The notes below the pieces were generated by a model. It was not told the DNA's origin, did no database searches, and worked only from the letters and a program-made list of their open reading frames with translations. A stretch of 64,000 bases of DNA from Candidatus Latescibacterota bacterium (GTDB lineage Bacteria > Latescibacterota > UBA2968 > UBA8231), in the NCBI GenBank assembly GCA_965217585.1, contig OZ244561.1:6880001-6944000 (forward strand). Direction: 5' to 3'. This document shows, in pieces, positions 9,135 to 21,311 of the stretch. The position numbers and the translations under genes were made by a program. Within the stretch, counting starts at the first letter, position 1. Each line of letters begins with the position of its first letter.

Positions 9135-11459
9135 ATGTCCACCGCCCTTTTGTTCCTCTTCTTGGTCGCCGCCGCTGACGCCGACCAACTGCGCTTTAGC
9201 TCGGTGCGCGATTGGCGCGATTGGCAACTGCCCCTCGGCGCAGTCGAGATTGCGGCCGATGGCTCGATTCAGCCGGTGCGCGTTGCAAAAAATACCGATG
9301 CCGCACGTGATGCCCTCCAGCTAGGCGGCGGCATCCACCGCGTCGGCTCCAACCCCGGCGACGCCCGCGCGCTCCTCGACGGCGACCCTGCTACCGGCTG
9401 GGCACCCAACCCGGGCGACGATCCAGACGACTGGTTCGTGGAAATCGACCTCGGCCGCAGCGTCTCGACGCACAGCGTCGCGCTCATCTTTGCCGACGAC
9501 GCGCCCCCTTTTGCGCTGTTCGACCTCTTACTCTCCTCCGGCGAGCCGCAACTCGACCAAGTAGCCAATCCGATCGCAGGCTCCCTGCTCTACCGCATTA
9601 AGGAACGCTTCAAGGAAAACACGCGTCACCGCGTCGAGTTCGCCCCGGGCGACGCGCTCTACCTGACGCCGATCCGCTTCCTGCAAATCCGCAACCTCAA
9701 GCACGTCGCCGACGCCCGGCTCGTCGCCGTCGAGGTCGAGAGCATCGGCGACAATCTCACCCTCAACCTAGTCGAGCGCGGCGGGACCATCGACGTGGTC
9801 ATCGACGCCTTTGTCCGCGCCGAAGAAGTCACCTTGGGCAACGCGCTCAACCTAGTCGATGGCTCGATCTTCGACCGCTGGCGCAACGGGCGCGAGCCGC
9901 GCAACACCTACAACACTTGGAGCCACATCACCATCGACTTAGGGGCCGTCTATCCGGTGGACTTCGTGCGCATGATTACCGGCGTGGCCATCCGCGGCGG
10001 CTTTGGCGAACACCTGCTGCGCACCCGGGCCGGAGCCAGCGGCGCGCGCTCCTTCAGTTACAGAAACTACGAGGTCCTCACCTCGGACGGCACCATCGCC
10101 CCCGACGGCACCCGCATCTGGACGCGGCACTTTGCCGGGTACGCCGCCAGCGAAAACCACAGCGCAGGGCTAGCCGACCACCAGTTCCCCACTCTGCCAG
10201 CCCGTTACGTCCGCATTGCCTGGCTGATCTGGGACGCCACCTGCGCCGCGACCTTGCCCGACGCCTCCTCGCGCTGGGGCTGCTACGCCAACGGCTCGGC
10301 CGAGGAGATTCAAGTGTACGGCGAGGGCTATCCCCTCGCGGTCAGTCTCCGCTCGCCGCTCATCGACCTAGGGAGCGACAAGAACCTCAACTCGCTCGAA
10401 TGGCAGGCCCAGACCCCCTTGGGCACCCACATCGAAATCCGCTCGCGCACCGGCGACGAGGTAGTAGAGCAATACACTTTTCACGATAAAAACGGCCGGC
10501 AAGTAAACCAAAAGCGATACGACAAACTGATCCCCAGTTTCAAGGGCAAGATCGACACCACGCGTATCCCCGGTGCGGATTGGAGCCCCTGGAGCAATAT
10601 CTACAGCGCTTCGGGCGCAGCCTTCCAGTCGCCTTCGCCGCGCCGCTTTATGGAACTCGATGCGCGCTTGGCGTCCGACAACCCAGCGCAGGCCGCCCAC
10701 TTCGACTGGCTGGCCGTCAATTTCACCGATCCGCTGGCGTCCGAAGTCGTCGGCGAAGTATTCCCCCTCCAAGTCGCGCCCGGCCAAGAGACCCAGTTTT
10801 CCTACTTCCTGCGGCCCGCGACGACCCGAGACGGCTTCGACCAGATCGCAATTGAAGCCACCACAGCCCCCCGCTTTGACGCCGCCTTTGTCGATGGCGA
10901 GCCCGTTGAGGTCACCACCGAAGCCCTCGCTCTGGGCTTTCGCGCTACCTTCCCGCGCCGCATCCGCAGCTACCAGCTCGTCGAACTGCGCTTCACCGCC
11001 CCCATCTACCTACAAGCGACCCGCTTTGACGCCTTTCTCGAAGACAGCCAAAAGGCGCAGACGCGGCAGCTTGTGGACCCGGGCGATGCCGCACCCCAAG
11101 TCGAGAGCAGTTCTAACGTCGTGCGCCTGCCCGTAGCTGACCAGCTCTTTGCCAGCCTCTCGTTCAGCCCCGCGCTCATTACGCCCAACGGCGACGGGAT
11201 CAACGACCAGCTCCGCATCTCCTTTGACCTCATCAACGTGCTCTCCGACCGCCCCTTGCACCTGCGGCTCTATGATTTGTCCGGTCGGCCGCTTTTTAGC
11301 CAAGAGCGTGCCAGCCAAGCCGGCCACATCGCATGGCACTGGGACGGCCGCGATCTACACGGCCAGCGCGTACCGCCCGGCCTCTACATAGTCGAGTTGC
11401 ACATTGCCGGCGACGCCGGCGACCGCAGCGTGCGACGGATCGTGGCTGTAGCCTACTAG
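9135..11459 (+). CDS. Secreted protein with discoidin-like beta-sandwich modules and CHU_C/FlgD-Ig C-terminal domain
   Basis: Signal peptide; LLDGDPATGW...WFVEIDLG and ITIDLG..YPV discoidin-like motifs; ITPNGDGIND...WDGRD...PPGLY C-terminal domain. Confidence 0.75.
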   Translation: MSTALLFLFLVAAADADQLRFSSVRDWRDWQLPLGAVEIAADGSIQPVRVAKNTDAARDALQLGGGIHRVGSNPGDARALLDGDPATGWAPNPGDDPDDWFVEIDLGRSVSTHSVALIFADDAPPFALFDLLLSSGEPQLDQVANPIAGSLLYRIKERFKENTRHRVEFAPGDALYLTPIRFLQIRNLKHVADARLVAVEVESIGDNLTLNLVERGGTIDVVIDAFVRAEEVTLGNALNLVDGSIFDRWRNGREPRNTYNTWSHITIDLGAVYPVDFVRMITGVAIRGGFGEHLLRTRAGASGARSFSYRNYEVLTSDGTIAPDGTRIWTRHFAGYAASENHSAGLADHQFPTLPARYVRIAWLIWDATCAATLPDASSRWGCYANGSAEEIQVYGEGYPLAVSLRSPLIDLGSDKNLNSLEWQAQTPLGTHIEIRSRTGDEVVEQYTFHDKNGRQVNQKRYDKLIPSFKGKIDTTRIPGADWSPWSNIYSASGAAFQSPSPRRFMELDARLASDNPAQAAHFDWLAVNFTDPLASEVVGEVFPLQVAPGQETQFSYFLRPATTRDGFDQIAIEATTAPRFDAAFVDGEPVEVTTEALALGFRATFPRRIRSYQLVELRFTAPIYLQATRFDAFLEDSQKAQTRQLVDPGDAAPQVESSSNVVRLPVADQLFASLSFSPALITPNGDGINDQLRISFDLINVLSDRPLHLRLYDLSGRPLFSQERASQAGHIAWHWDGRDLHGQRVPPGLYIVELHIAGDAGDRSVRRIVAVAY
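11441..11459 (+). repeat. Direct repeat copy 1 (3' end of the 9135 gene, VAVAY*)
   Basis: cgtggctgtagcctactag, 18/19 identical to 12654-12672. Confidence 0.75.
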
Positions 11460-12086
11460 GGTATCACCGGTTTTCTGCTGCTCAAGTGCAGCGCCTTCAC
11501 GATGCTAAATTCTGGACAATCTATCAACTGGCCTTGTCTGAGGAGGAACCCCTCTTATTTGTCGCTGTTCACATGCCAGCAAAGTCTGCGATCGGCTATA
11601 CCGGCAGGGACAATCGCCTCCCACAATTTCAGCATCTATGCCAAGACATTCTCAGAGCAGAAAGTGCATCAGGAACAGACAGGACCATCGTCGTCGGAGA
11701 TCTTAACCAAAATCCCTTCGATGGGGAGGTCGTCCATCTGGAGGCGCTAAACGCCGTCATGGACCCAGATGTGGCTGCTCGCCTTAGCTGCCAGCGGGGT
11801 GGTCGAACGTACAAGTATTTCTACAATCCAATGTGGACCGTGTACGGACGACGCCAAGCACCGTTGGGAACCTACTACTACCAAGAGCCGGATTACGTCC
11901 GTTACTACTGGCACGTATTCGACCAAGTGCTATTACGGCCAGACCTGATACCAAACTCTAGGCGATGAAGTGCCAACCGCCATTACGAAATTGGGCGGAG
12001 AGAGCTTGCTTCGAGACAACGGCCGACCAAACGATAACCGATTTTCGGATCACTTGCCGATATCCCTCTCACTGAACATCACTTGA
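11460..12086 (+). pseudogene. Endonuclease/exonuclease/phosphatase (EEP) family gene, 5'-truncated and frameshifted
   Basis: AVHMPAK, VVGDLNQNPFD, FYNPMW, GTYYY, WHVFDQVLLRP in one frame (stop 11968). C-terminal ...GRPNDNRFSDHLPISLSLNIT* in a shifted frame ending 12086. No start or N-terminal strand after 11459. Confidence 0.75.
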
Positions 12087-12102
12087 CCACGAGGAGTGTT
12101 TT

Positions 12103-12510
12103 GTGATGCCAACACAAAGCTACTGGGGTGATTTCCAGGTTACTGATGAACAACCGGCTCCTGTCCGGATACTAAAAGAGCAGGCAGGTGCTCTCAACGA
12201 AAAAGTCGACCAGCGTATCAGGGCATGGGTTGATACAAGTCCGCTATCAGACACACCACGGTTATTCCGCTCAACGTTAGTTGTCACAGTTCCGTCACTG
12301 GATCGCTATCGTCTGGATATAGTTACGATAGTCTATCCGCTAACAGAGTACTACCCACTTACTCTGTCTGATGATCTTGCTGACGAAGAGGAGACACGGG
12401 CTGAGGTGACCTGCAAAGGCGGACAGGAATTCCGTAATGAGTTGTACCGAATTTTGAGTTCAAAGCGGACAACAAACACGTTGAATAGTTTGCTGTCCCT
12501 AGCTGCCTAG
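12103..12510 (+). CDS. Small hypothetical protein, partner of the EEP gene
   Basis: 135-aa ORF with GAGGAG RBS 5 nt after the EEP stop; same AT-richer composition. Confidence 0.75.
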   Translation: MMPTQSYWGDFQVTDEQPAPVRILKEQAGALNEKVDQRIRAWVDTSPLSDTPRLFRSTLVVTVPSLDRYRLDIVTIVYPLTEYYPLTLSDDLADEEETRAEVTCKGGQEFRNELYRILSSKRTTNTLNSLLSLAA

Positions 12511-12653
12511 GCATTCCAATCTTCACAGCACCGTAGCTGGGGTCAAGATAAGCCGTCAAGACCAATACGGTTTCGTTAAGCAGAGGCCGAATAGGCCTAT
12601 ATTCTCACGGCTCCCCTACCGATACGGCGGATGGTGTATCTCTGGCGATACTG

Positions 12654-12672
12654 CGTGGCCGTAGCCTACTAG
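12654..12672 (+). repeat. Direct repeat copy 2 of the 9135 gene 3' end
   Basis: cgtggccgtagcctactag; the single difference is synonymous in the 9135 frame (GCT/GCC Ala). Overlaps the GH29 stop codon. Confidence 0.75.
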
Positions 12673-14078
12673 TAGGGATGCCTGATCACTTTCTTAATCT
12701 CCAATAACTGTTGCATCGTCGCCTTGGACATCATGCCATCCTGATACACCCCGACGTTCATCGACACGGGGATTCTGCGCGCCCCAGCTATTTTGATGAA
12801 CTCAATCAAGTCGGCAGTGCGATAGAGCGGCGGCGGAATATCGGTATCAGGCTCTTCGTGGGTCCATTCATCATCGAGAAAAAACCAGACGTGGGGCTGG
12901 AGATCGCCGTGATGTTCGGGATCGGGAAGGGCGAGGAACTCCCCGACTTCGCCGGCCCAGTAATCTTGGAAGTCACTTGGCTTGCGATTGAGCCAGCTAT
13001 TCCAAGCGACGATGCGGTTTGGATTGCCCGTCTTGGCCGCTGCGTACAGTGGTTCAAAGCGGTGGGAGACGTTGAAGGGACAAAAGTCGAACCAGTACCC
13101 AGCGACCTGCCTGCCGTAGCGCTCGCCTATTTCCTCGAATATGGCACAAAAGTTGCGAAAATAGGATTCCCGGTCATCGTTCCAGCCGGAGGCCTGCCCC
13201 CACGGTATTGCAGGGGTATCGTTGCTGCTCCTGCCGCCGGGATAGTAGAGAATCAGTGGAATGCGGCGGCGCTGCAAGGCATCGGCTAGATCGCCAATAA
13301 GGTCGCGCTCGCAGGTATTCCCGGGCAGAATGCGCTCTATCGTCTCAATCGGCGCGGGGTAGAAATGCGGCGCATGGGTCGAGGTAAAGATGACGTATCC
13401 AACCCCTGCTTCTTCCACCATGTCGACGAAAGGCTCGACGGCAAAGTCAGCCACAGCCTGCGGGAAGAGTTTGGGCTTGCCACGGCGGGGCTGCGACATG
13501 GCGGTCCAGTGAAAACTCAAGCCGTACTGGGCGTCGGCAAACCAGTCGGTGCAGGCGCGTCCGCTCCGCGCCCGCTCGGCAATGCCGGCAAGCCGCGCAA
13601 CCTCGGTCGTCGGCGTCAGTTCGAGGGTATAAAGGCGGGGCAACTCCCCAGTGCCGACCTTTTTCTTGGCGCGGAACTCAAGCGTGCTGACGCCTTTGTC
13701 CAACTGGAGTGAACCCGAGAGCGAATGCTTGGCGAAACTGCTCCACTCCATTCCCCAGTCTGGGATCCAGCCACGCGTCGATTCCGCAGCGAACGCAACG
13801 GTGCTGGCACCGGCCCTGATCTCAAACTCAGAGCCGGCCGCCTCGGCGTCGCAGGAATAGGTTATCGCTAGTTGGAAGTCTTGTGGCGCGCCAAGCTCCA
13901 CCGTCCAGCTAAACCAGTCGTCTCGACTGTGCCAGCCTTCAACCCAAAGATGGGGACGCTCGCCCTGAGTCTCGTCGGCGTCCTCTGGCGGCTTGAGATT
14001 CCCGTGGAATTCCGCTTCAGCAGCCCAGAGAACGGTGATGTCATCGCAACTTACGGTATGACAGCGTCGAGTTTGCAA
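12669..14078 (-). CDS. Alpha-L-fucosidase-like (GH29) with N-terminal CBM-like domain, possibly 5'-truncated
   Basis: WFADAQYGLSFHW, AGVGYVIFTSTH, RDLIGDLADAL, GYWFD. TTG start abuts the TonB receptor stop; no RBS or signal peptide seen. Confidence 0.75.
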   Translation of the reverse strand: MQTRRCHTVSCDDITVLWAAEAEFHGNLKPPEDADETQGERPHLWVEGWHSRDDWFSWTVELGAPQDFQLAITYSCDAEAAGSEFEIRAGASTVAFAAESTRGWIPDWGMEWSSFAKHSLSGSLQLDKGVSTLEFRAKKKVGTGELPRLYTLELTPTTEVARLAGIAERARSGRACTDWFADAQYGLSFHWTAMSQPRRGKPKLFPQAVADFAVEPFVDMVEEAGVGYVIFTSTHAPHFYPAPIETIERILPGNTCERDLIGDLADALQRRRIPLILYYPGGRSSNDTPAIPWGQASGWNDDRESYFRNFCAIFEEIGERYGRQVAGYWFDFCPFNVSHRFEPLYAAAKTGNPNRIVAWNSWLNRKPSDFQDYWAGEVGEFLALPDPEHHGDLQPHVWFFLDDEWTHEEPDTDIPPPLYRTADLIEFIKIAGARRIPVSMNVGVYQDGMMSKATMQQLLEIKKVIRHPY

Positions 14079-16751
<2,673 letters not shown>

Positions 16752-16892
16752 AATAAACCCTCCCTAGTTAAGTGCTTGGGGCTGTTAAACCATAGACAAC
16801 CAGCAAAATCCCTATATACCCTAATTAATTATGCACTTTTGCAGCAAGGTCAGGCTCCTCGCGCCTTGTCTCCTTGCCATCGCGTTTCCCCC

Positions 16893-17459
16893 TCACCCCC
16901 ACAAAAAAAACGCGGCCAACAGCGCGATCCACACCGCTTCGAGGAAATGCCAGTACGCGGCGCAAGCCCGCACTGAGAGCAAATGCTCACTGTCGAGCCG
17001 ATTCTTGCGCGCCTTCCACGCCAGCGCCGACAACGGCACCATGCCACCCACTACGTGCAGCGCGTGGACCACGACCAGCGCGAACGCAATGCCGTAGGTA
17101 CTCGCCTCCAGCGCCCGGTGGCGGTCGAGGAGCTGCATCAGCGCCGGTACCTGCACGGCGATAAACAACGCGCTCGTCACCCAAGCCCAAGCCAACCACC
17201 GCCTCAGGAGCGGGAAGTGCCCGCGCTTGGCGTTCTGCGTCGCCTTGTACATTGCCAGCCCGGCCCCCAACAGCACCACCGTCGAAATACCCAGCACCAG
17301 CGGCAGCTCCATGCGCTCGCTCCCCTGCAGCGCCGGGCTGGTCAGCCGCAGGTAGGCAAAAGCCACGATGCTGGCCCCAAAGAGCATGCCCAGCGAGATC
17401 AAAAACAGGGTCAGGCCCAACTGGCGACGACCCCGCAGATCGGGCGAGTTCCAGTTCAT
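16893..17459 (-). CDS. Heme-copper (cytochrome c) oxidase subunit III family protein
   Basis: LFLISLGMLFGA, STVVLL, HALHVVGG, AAYWHFLEAVW; about 5 TM helices. Confidence 0.8.
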   Translation of the reverse strand: MNWNSPDLRGRRQLGLTLFLISLGMLFGASIVAFAYLRLTSPALQGSERMELPLVLGISTVVLLGAGLAMYKATQNAKRGHFPLLRRWLAWAWVTSALFIAVQVPALMQLLDRHRALEASTYGIAFALVVVHALHVVGGMVPLSALAWKARKNRLDSEHLLSVRACAAYWHFLEAVWIALLAAFFLWG

Positions 17460-18241
17460 CCCCAGCGATACTCAGGCGGGTCGAAGACAAACCCGTGGAA
17501 AAAGCGCCGCTGCGCCGGCGACAGCCCCTGCAAAAAGGCTTGGTCGTAGCGCCACTGCTCGGCACAAGCCAACATCCACGGATGTTCGTACCCATAGTAC
17601 AACATCACCCGTTTGCCCCCGCGACGCGCAAAGGGTCCGGCCGTATGCCACACCGCGTTGTGGAAGAGCACCGCCGTTCCCGGGCGACCACATATTTGCA
17701 CAGCCCCGGGCATACCATCCCCTGCGCCCGGCTCTAGCAGCGCCTTGTGGCTACCGGGCACTAAAGTCAGGTTGCCTTGGTCCGGCGCGCTCATGTCGCT
17801 CAGGTAATAACCCACCTTGAACTGCAACAGCGGGATGTGCGGCTTGAGGTTGCGGAAGCCATCCTGAATCCCGTCGATGTGCCAGCCCTGCCCGTGGTAA
17901 TCGGCGGGTTCGACCTCGTAGAAGGCGTCCGTCGAGTGCAGGTGCGGCATCTCGTTAAAGAGACCGTGGACGTAGGCCATCATCGGCTCGTAGTCGAGCA
18001 TTGCCAAAAAGAGCGGATCCTCGGCCAGCAGGTGCATGACCCGCACGTTGGCCGCGTCGAGCCGGTCGGCAAAGGCCGGATCGTGCTCGCGCCTGAACTG
18101 GGAGTCGCGGCGACGCTCGATGGTGCGCTCCAGCGCCGCATAGAGCGCCCCAACCCGATCCGGTGCGAGGAAATCTTCTAGCACCAAGTAGCCGTTGTTA
18201 TCGAAGAAGAAGCGCTCGGCGTCTGTGGGATGGTCAGTCAT
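17456..18241 (-). CDS. Phytanoyl-CoA dioxygenase (PhyH) family protein
   Basis: FDNNGYLVLEDFL, GWHID, LVPGSHK, LFHNAVWH...R. Confidence 0.9.
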   Translation of the reverse strand: MTDHPTDAERFFFDNNGYLVLEDFLAPDRVGALYAALERTIERRRDSQFRREHDPAFADRLDAANVRVMHLLAEDPLFLAMLDYEPMMAYVHGLFNEMPHLHSTDAFYEVEPADYHGQGWHIDGIQDGFRNLKPHIPLLQFKVGYYLSDMSAPDQGNLTLVPGSHKALLEPGAGDGMPGAVQICGRPGTAVLFHNAVWHTAGPFARRGGKRVMLYYGYEHPWMLACAEQWRYDQAFLQGLSPAQRRFFHGFVFDPPEYRWG

Positions 18242-18254
18242 AATCGAAGCCTTC

Positions 18255-19193
18255 CTAGGGAGTCCACCCCTCCATCATCTCGGCGTACTGGCGCGCCTGA
18301 GCGGCGATATCCACGCCGACCTCCTCAGACCACGCCGCTAGCAACCGGCGATACACCGGTCCCACTTGGCCGTCGCCCACCGCCTGAAAGTTAAAGCGCG
18401 TAATCGGCACCATGCAGATCGTGGTGCTGGTAAACCACGCCTCGTCGGCTTCGCGCACATCGTAAGGCTCGATATCGGCTTCGCACAGGGAAAGGCCGAG
18501 CTTACCGGCCAGTTCTATACACGTGCCGCGCGATACGCCGCGCAGGATATTATGCCCTTTGGGCGTTATTACCTGACCGTCGCGAACCATGAAGAAGTTG
18601 TTGCCCGTCCCCTCGGTGATAAAGCCGTGCTCGTCGGTCAGCAGCGCCTGGGCCCCAGCTTCCATCTGCGCGGCCTGTAGCTCGGCGAGCTTGTAGAAGA
18701 TGCGGCTGCGGTTTTTGGCCTTGGGGTCGATATAGCGCGAGGGCACCGACTGCTGAGGTGGGACGACAAAGTGCGCCCCCTCCTGATAGAGATGCGCCAT
18801 CCCGCCGATGTGCCGCACCAGTGGGAAGACATTGATGGTGACAATGGGGGCCGCGCCTTCCTTGACGATGGTATCGTACAGCGGCAGAGCACCGCGCGTG
18901 ACATCGTGCATGATTTGAAAGTCCAGCGCGCCGATCGCGGGCAGGTTGCGGGCAATGGTCTCGTGGGTCGCCTCCTCCATCGCGTCGATATCCAGCCCGC
19001 AGTCGATCTGCGCGTATTTGAGCGAGCCGTAGAGCCGCTCCAGGTGCTCGCGCAGCCGGAAGGGCTTTTGCCCAAAGCTCCGCGTCATCTCAAAAACCAT
19101 GTCCCCATACATCAGGGCGCAGTCAAAAATCGAGATCCGCGCCTCCGACTCGGGGACGAACTCGCCGTTGAAATACACCAATCTTTCGGCCAT
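18255..19193 (-). CDS. Aminotransferase class IV (branched-chain/D-amino acid aminotransferase-like)
   Basis: VYFNGEFVP, YGDMVFE, HLERL, ITEGTGNNFF, ILRGVSR, ADEAWFTST. Start reset to MAERL at 19193. Confidence 0.88.
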   Translation of the reverse strand: MAERLVYFNGEFVPESEARISIFDCALMYGDMVFEMTRSFGQKPFRLREHLERLYGSLKYAQIDCGLDIDAMEEATHETIARNLPAIGALDFQIMHDVTRGALPLYDTIVKEGAAPIVTINVFPLVRHIGGMAHLYQEGAHFVVPPQQSVPSRYIDPKAKNRSRIFYKLAELQAAQMEAGAQALLTDEHGFITEGTGNNFFMVRDGQVITPKGHNILRGVSRGTCIELAGKLGLSLCEADIEPYDVREADEAWFTSTTICMVPITRFNFQAVGDGQVGPVYRRLLAAWSEEVGVDIAAQARQYAEMMEGWTP

Positions 19194-19228
19194 AGCTGCC
19201 TCTCTGTGATATGATCGCGACGCGATCG

Positions 19229-21205
19229 CTACCCTATGCCCAGGCGACTGCCCTGCATCCCAGTGCAATAATCGACGACCACCCAGAAGCCGGCGACGAC
19301 CGCCTTGCCCAAGATCAAGCCCAAAAATAACGGCTTCAAGCGCTCGAAAAGCCCCAAACCCCCGTATTTGAGTACTGTGCCTTTAATCACCCAAGCGACG
19401 AATACCGAAAACCACATTGAGCCGAAGACGCAACTGATCGGAAAACCCAGCGGGTGAAAAGGCCACCACACAAAGCGATATTGCAACCACATCAACGCGC
19501 CCATAATTCCCGCCCCGACCCAAGTATGCGACCACATACCTGGACTCGGCCCCTCGGGGGTCTGCACGTTCTTACTCATAAAATTGTACGGATACTGGGC
19601 GACATTATTAAAATAAAAACTCGACAGATTGATCGCCCCGTGTTTGTAGGCCAGATAGAGCGTCAGCCCGATGACCGAACTCAGCGTCAGCCCGATCACC
19701 GCCAAAACACCCCAAAACATCCGCCGCCGGCCGGCCAAGTCGATCTCGGTAAACAGCTTCAGGCCATTGGCGCAGGCCGCCATCAGCAGGATCAACTGAT
19801 CCACTCCCCAGGCATAGCTCAACGCCAGCCCCGCCGTGCCCTTGAAGCCCAATAGCGAGGCCCCGACCCCCGAGATGACGAAATCCGGGCCGTTGCTCGG
19901 CGGAAACATCGAAGCCACCCCCCCTTGGGCGACCACCCGCGTGATGGTTATAAAACCGACAAACGAGCCGACTAACAACATCACCGCCACTGGCAATGGC
20001 ATTCCCGTGCGCCAAAGCCAGACGGTCATCACCATAAAGCTAATTATCGCGCCAGCGACCGCCGCGCGATAGGACATGATCTCGTCGTCGTCGTCGACAT
20101 CCGCAGCGCCGCGTAGAGCGCGGCGCAACACCGCCCGCAAATGCTCCCGCCCCACCCATAACGTCCCCAGCACCAGCACGATCATACCCCCCATTGCCTG
20201 GTAGATAATAACCGAATCTGTATACTGGCTGTAGGGGCCCATGCTGTCGTCCCTGCCGCCCCAGGCAAACTGCGTCAGCAACCCGCTCTGCAAGCGATTA
20301 AACAAAAAGAAGACCACCAAACCCGAGGCGACGTTCTGCGGCACGAAATACGAGAAACCGACCATCGAGGGGTTGAGCCCCAACCCGAGCGTGGGCATGC
20401 CGCGCACGATCTCCACCGAGCCCAGCGACAAGCTCACCTGGGGAAAGACCCCATAATAGTTGTGCAGGGCGTTGATTGAGCCGAGCAGAAAGGGCATGGC
20501 AAAACCAATCCACACCAGTCCCCGCCGCAACAGAGGCTTCTGCTTCTCGCCGCCCAAGAGCGCCAGCGGCAACTGCACCATCGGATAACTCAGCCGCTCG
20601 TGCTCGACCCACTGACGCCTGACGATGACCATCAGGCAGATCATCGCCCAAAAGAGCGCCAACCCGAAAATGGCCCACCAGCATAATGGCGCCACCCATA
20701 CCTCCCAGGGGATCGCCCCGTCGGGTGCGCCCTCGTAAAACCGGCGAACAGCCTCATCCCCCTGCGGCAGCGGCCAATCCGGCAGAAAGGGCTGGACCAG
20801 CTCTCGCCAATTATTTTCGGGGGTCGCGTAATAAGAGGCTCCGGTCATCACCGGCAGCAGTTGCACCGGCAAACCGCGCCCGGCAAGCGTATTGGCCAAC
20901 AGCAACAGGAAAAACACCACCGCCAACTCTCCCCGCACCAGCGCCAGACGGGGATAGACCCAACGCACCAGCCCATTGCCGACAACGACTAAGAAAAATA
21001 AAAAGACCGCCCCCGGCGTCAGGTTCCAAACCGCCAAGCCGGAGCCTTTGATGATCATATCGTTGTAGGTCGATCCCAAACCCAGGCAGACTGCCCCGAC
21101 CAGCCCGACGAAAAGCGCCTTGGCCGTACAGCCCTTTGCCGAGTCCACAGCGACCGCACCCATAGCCGTAAAGAAAGACCAGACAGCCCTTGCCCGAAAG
21201 GTCAA
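19229..21205 (-). CDS. DUF6785/DUF6784-type polytopic membrane protein (putative peptide transporter)
   Basis: RRQWVEHERLSYPMVQLP and WWPFHPLGF signatures, many TM helices. Start may be ATG 21163. Confidence 0.75.
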   Translation of the reverse strand: MTFRARAVWSFFTAMGAVAVDSAKGCTAKALFVGLVGAVCLGLGSTYNDMIIKGSGLAVWNLTPGAVFLFFLVVVGNGLVRWVYPRLALVRGELAVVFFLLLLANTLAGRGLPVQLLPVMTGASYYATPENNWRELVQPFLPDWPLPQGDEAVRRFYEGAPDGAIPWEVWVAPLCWWAIFGLALFWAMICLMVIVRRQWVEHERLSYPMVQLPLALLGGEKQKPLLRRGLVWIGFAMPFLLGSINALHNYYGVFPQVSLSLGSVEIVRGMPTLGLGLNPSMVGFSYFVPQNVASGLVVFFLFNRLQSGLLTQFAWGGRDDSMGPYSQYTDSVIIYQAMGGMIVLVLGTLWVGREHLRAVLRRALRGAADVDDDDEIMSYRAAVAGAIISFMVMTVWLWRTGMPLPVAVMLLVGSFVGFITITRVVAQGGVASMFPPSNGPDFVISGVGASLLGFKGTAGLALSYAWGVDQLILLMAACANGLKLFTEIDLAGRRRMFWGVLAVIGLTLSSVIGLTLYLAYKHGAINLSSFYFNNVAQYPYNFMSKNVQTPEGPSPGMWSHTWVGAGIMGALMWLQYRFVWWPFHPLGFPISCVFGSMWFSVFVAWVIKGTVLKYGGLGLFERLKPLFLGLILGKAVVAGFWVVVDYCTGMQGSRLGIG

Positions 21206-21311
21206 AGGCCATCTGGCCTAGAGCGACCTGATATAATTTGAAATTCGAATATTAAATAGCCGCGCCGAAGACAATCGCGCACTTTTCGCTGGAGCCGACC
21301 CCAATACCCCG

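Noticed and set aside
11333-11459. 5' extension of the EEP ORF overlapping the 9135 gene
   Set aside because: Low-complexity off-frame sequence; EEP similarity starts only after 11459.
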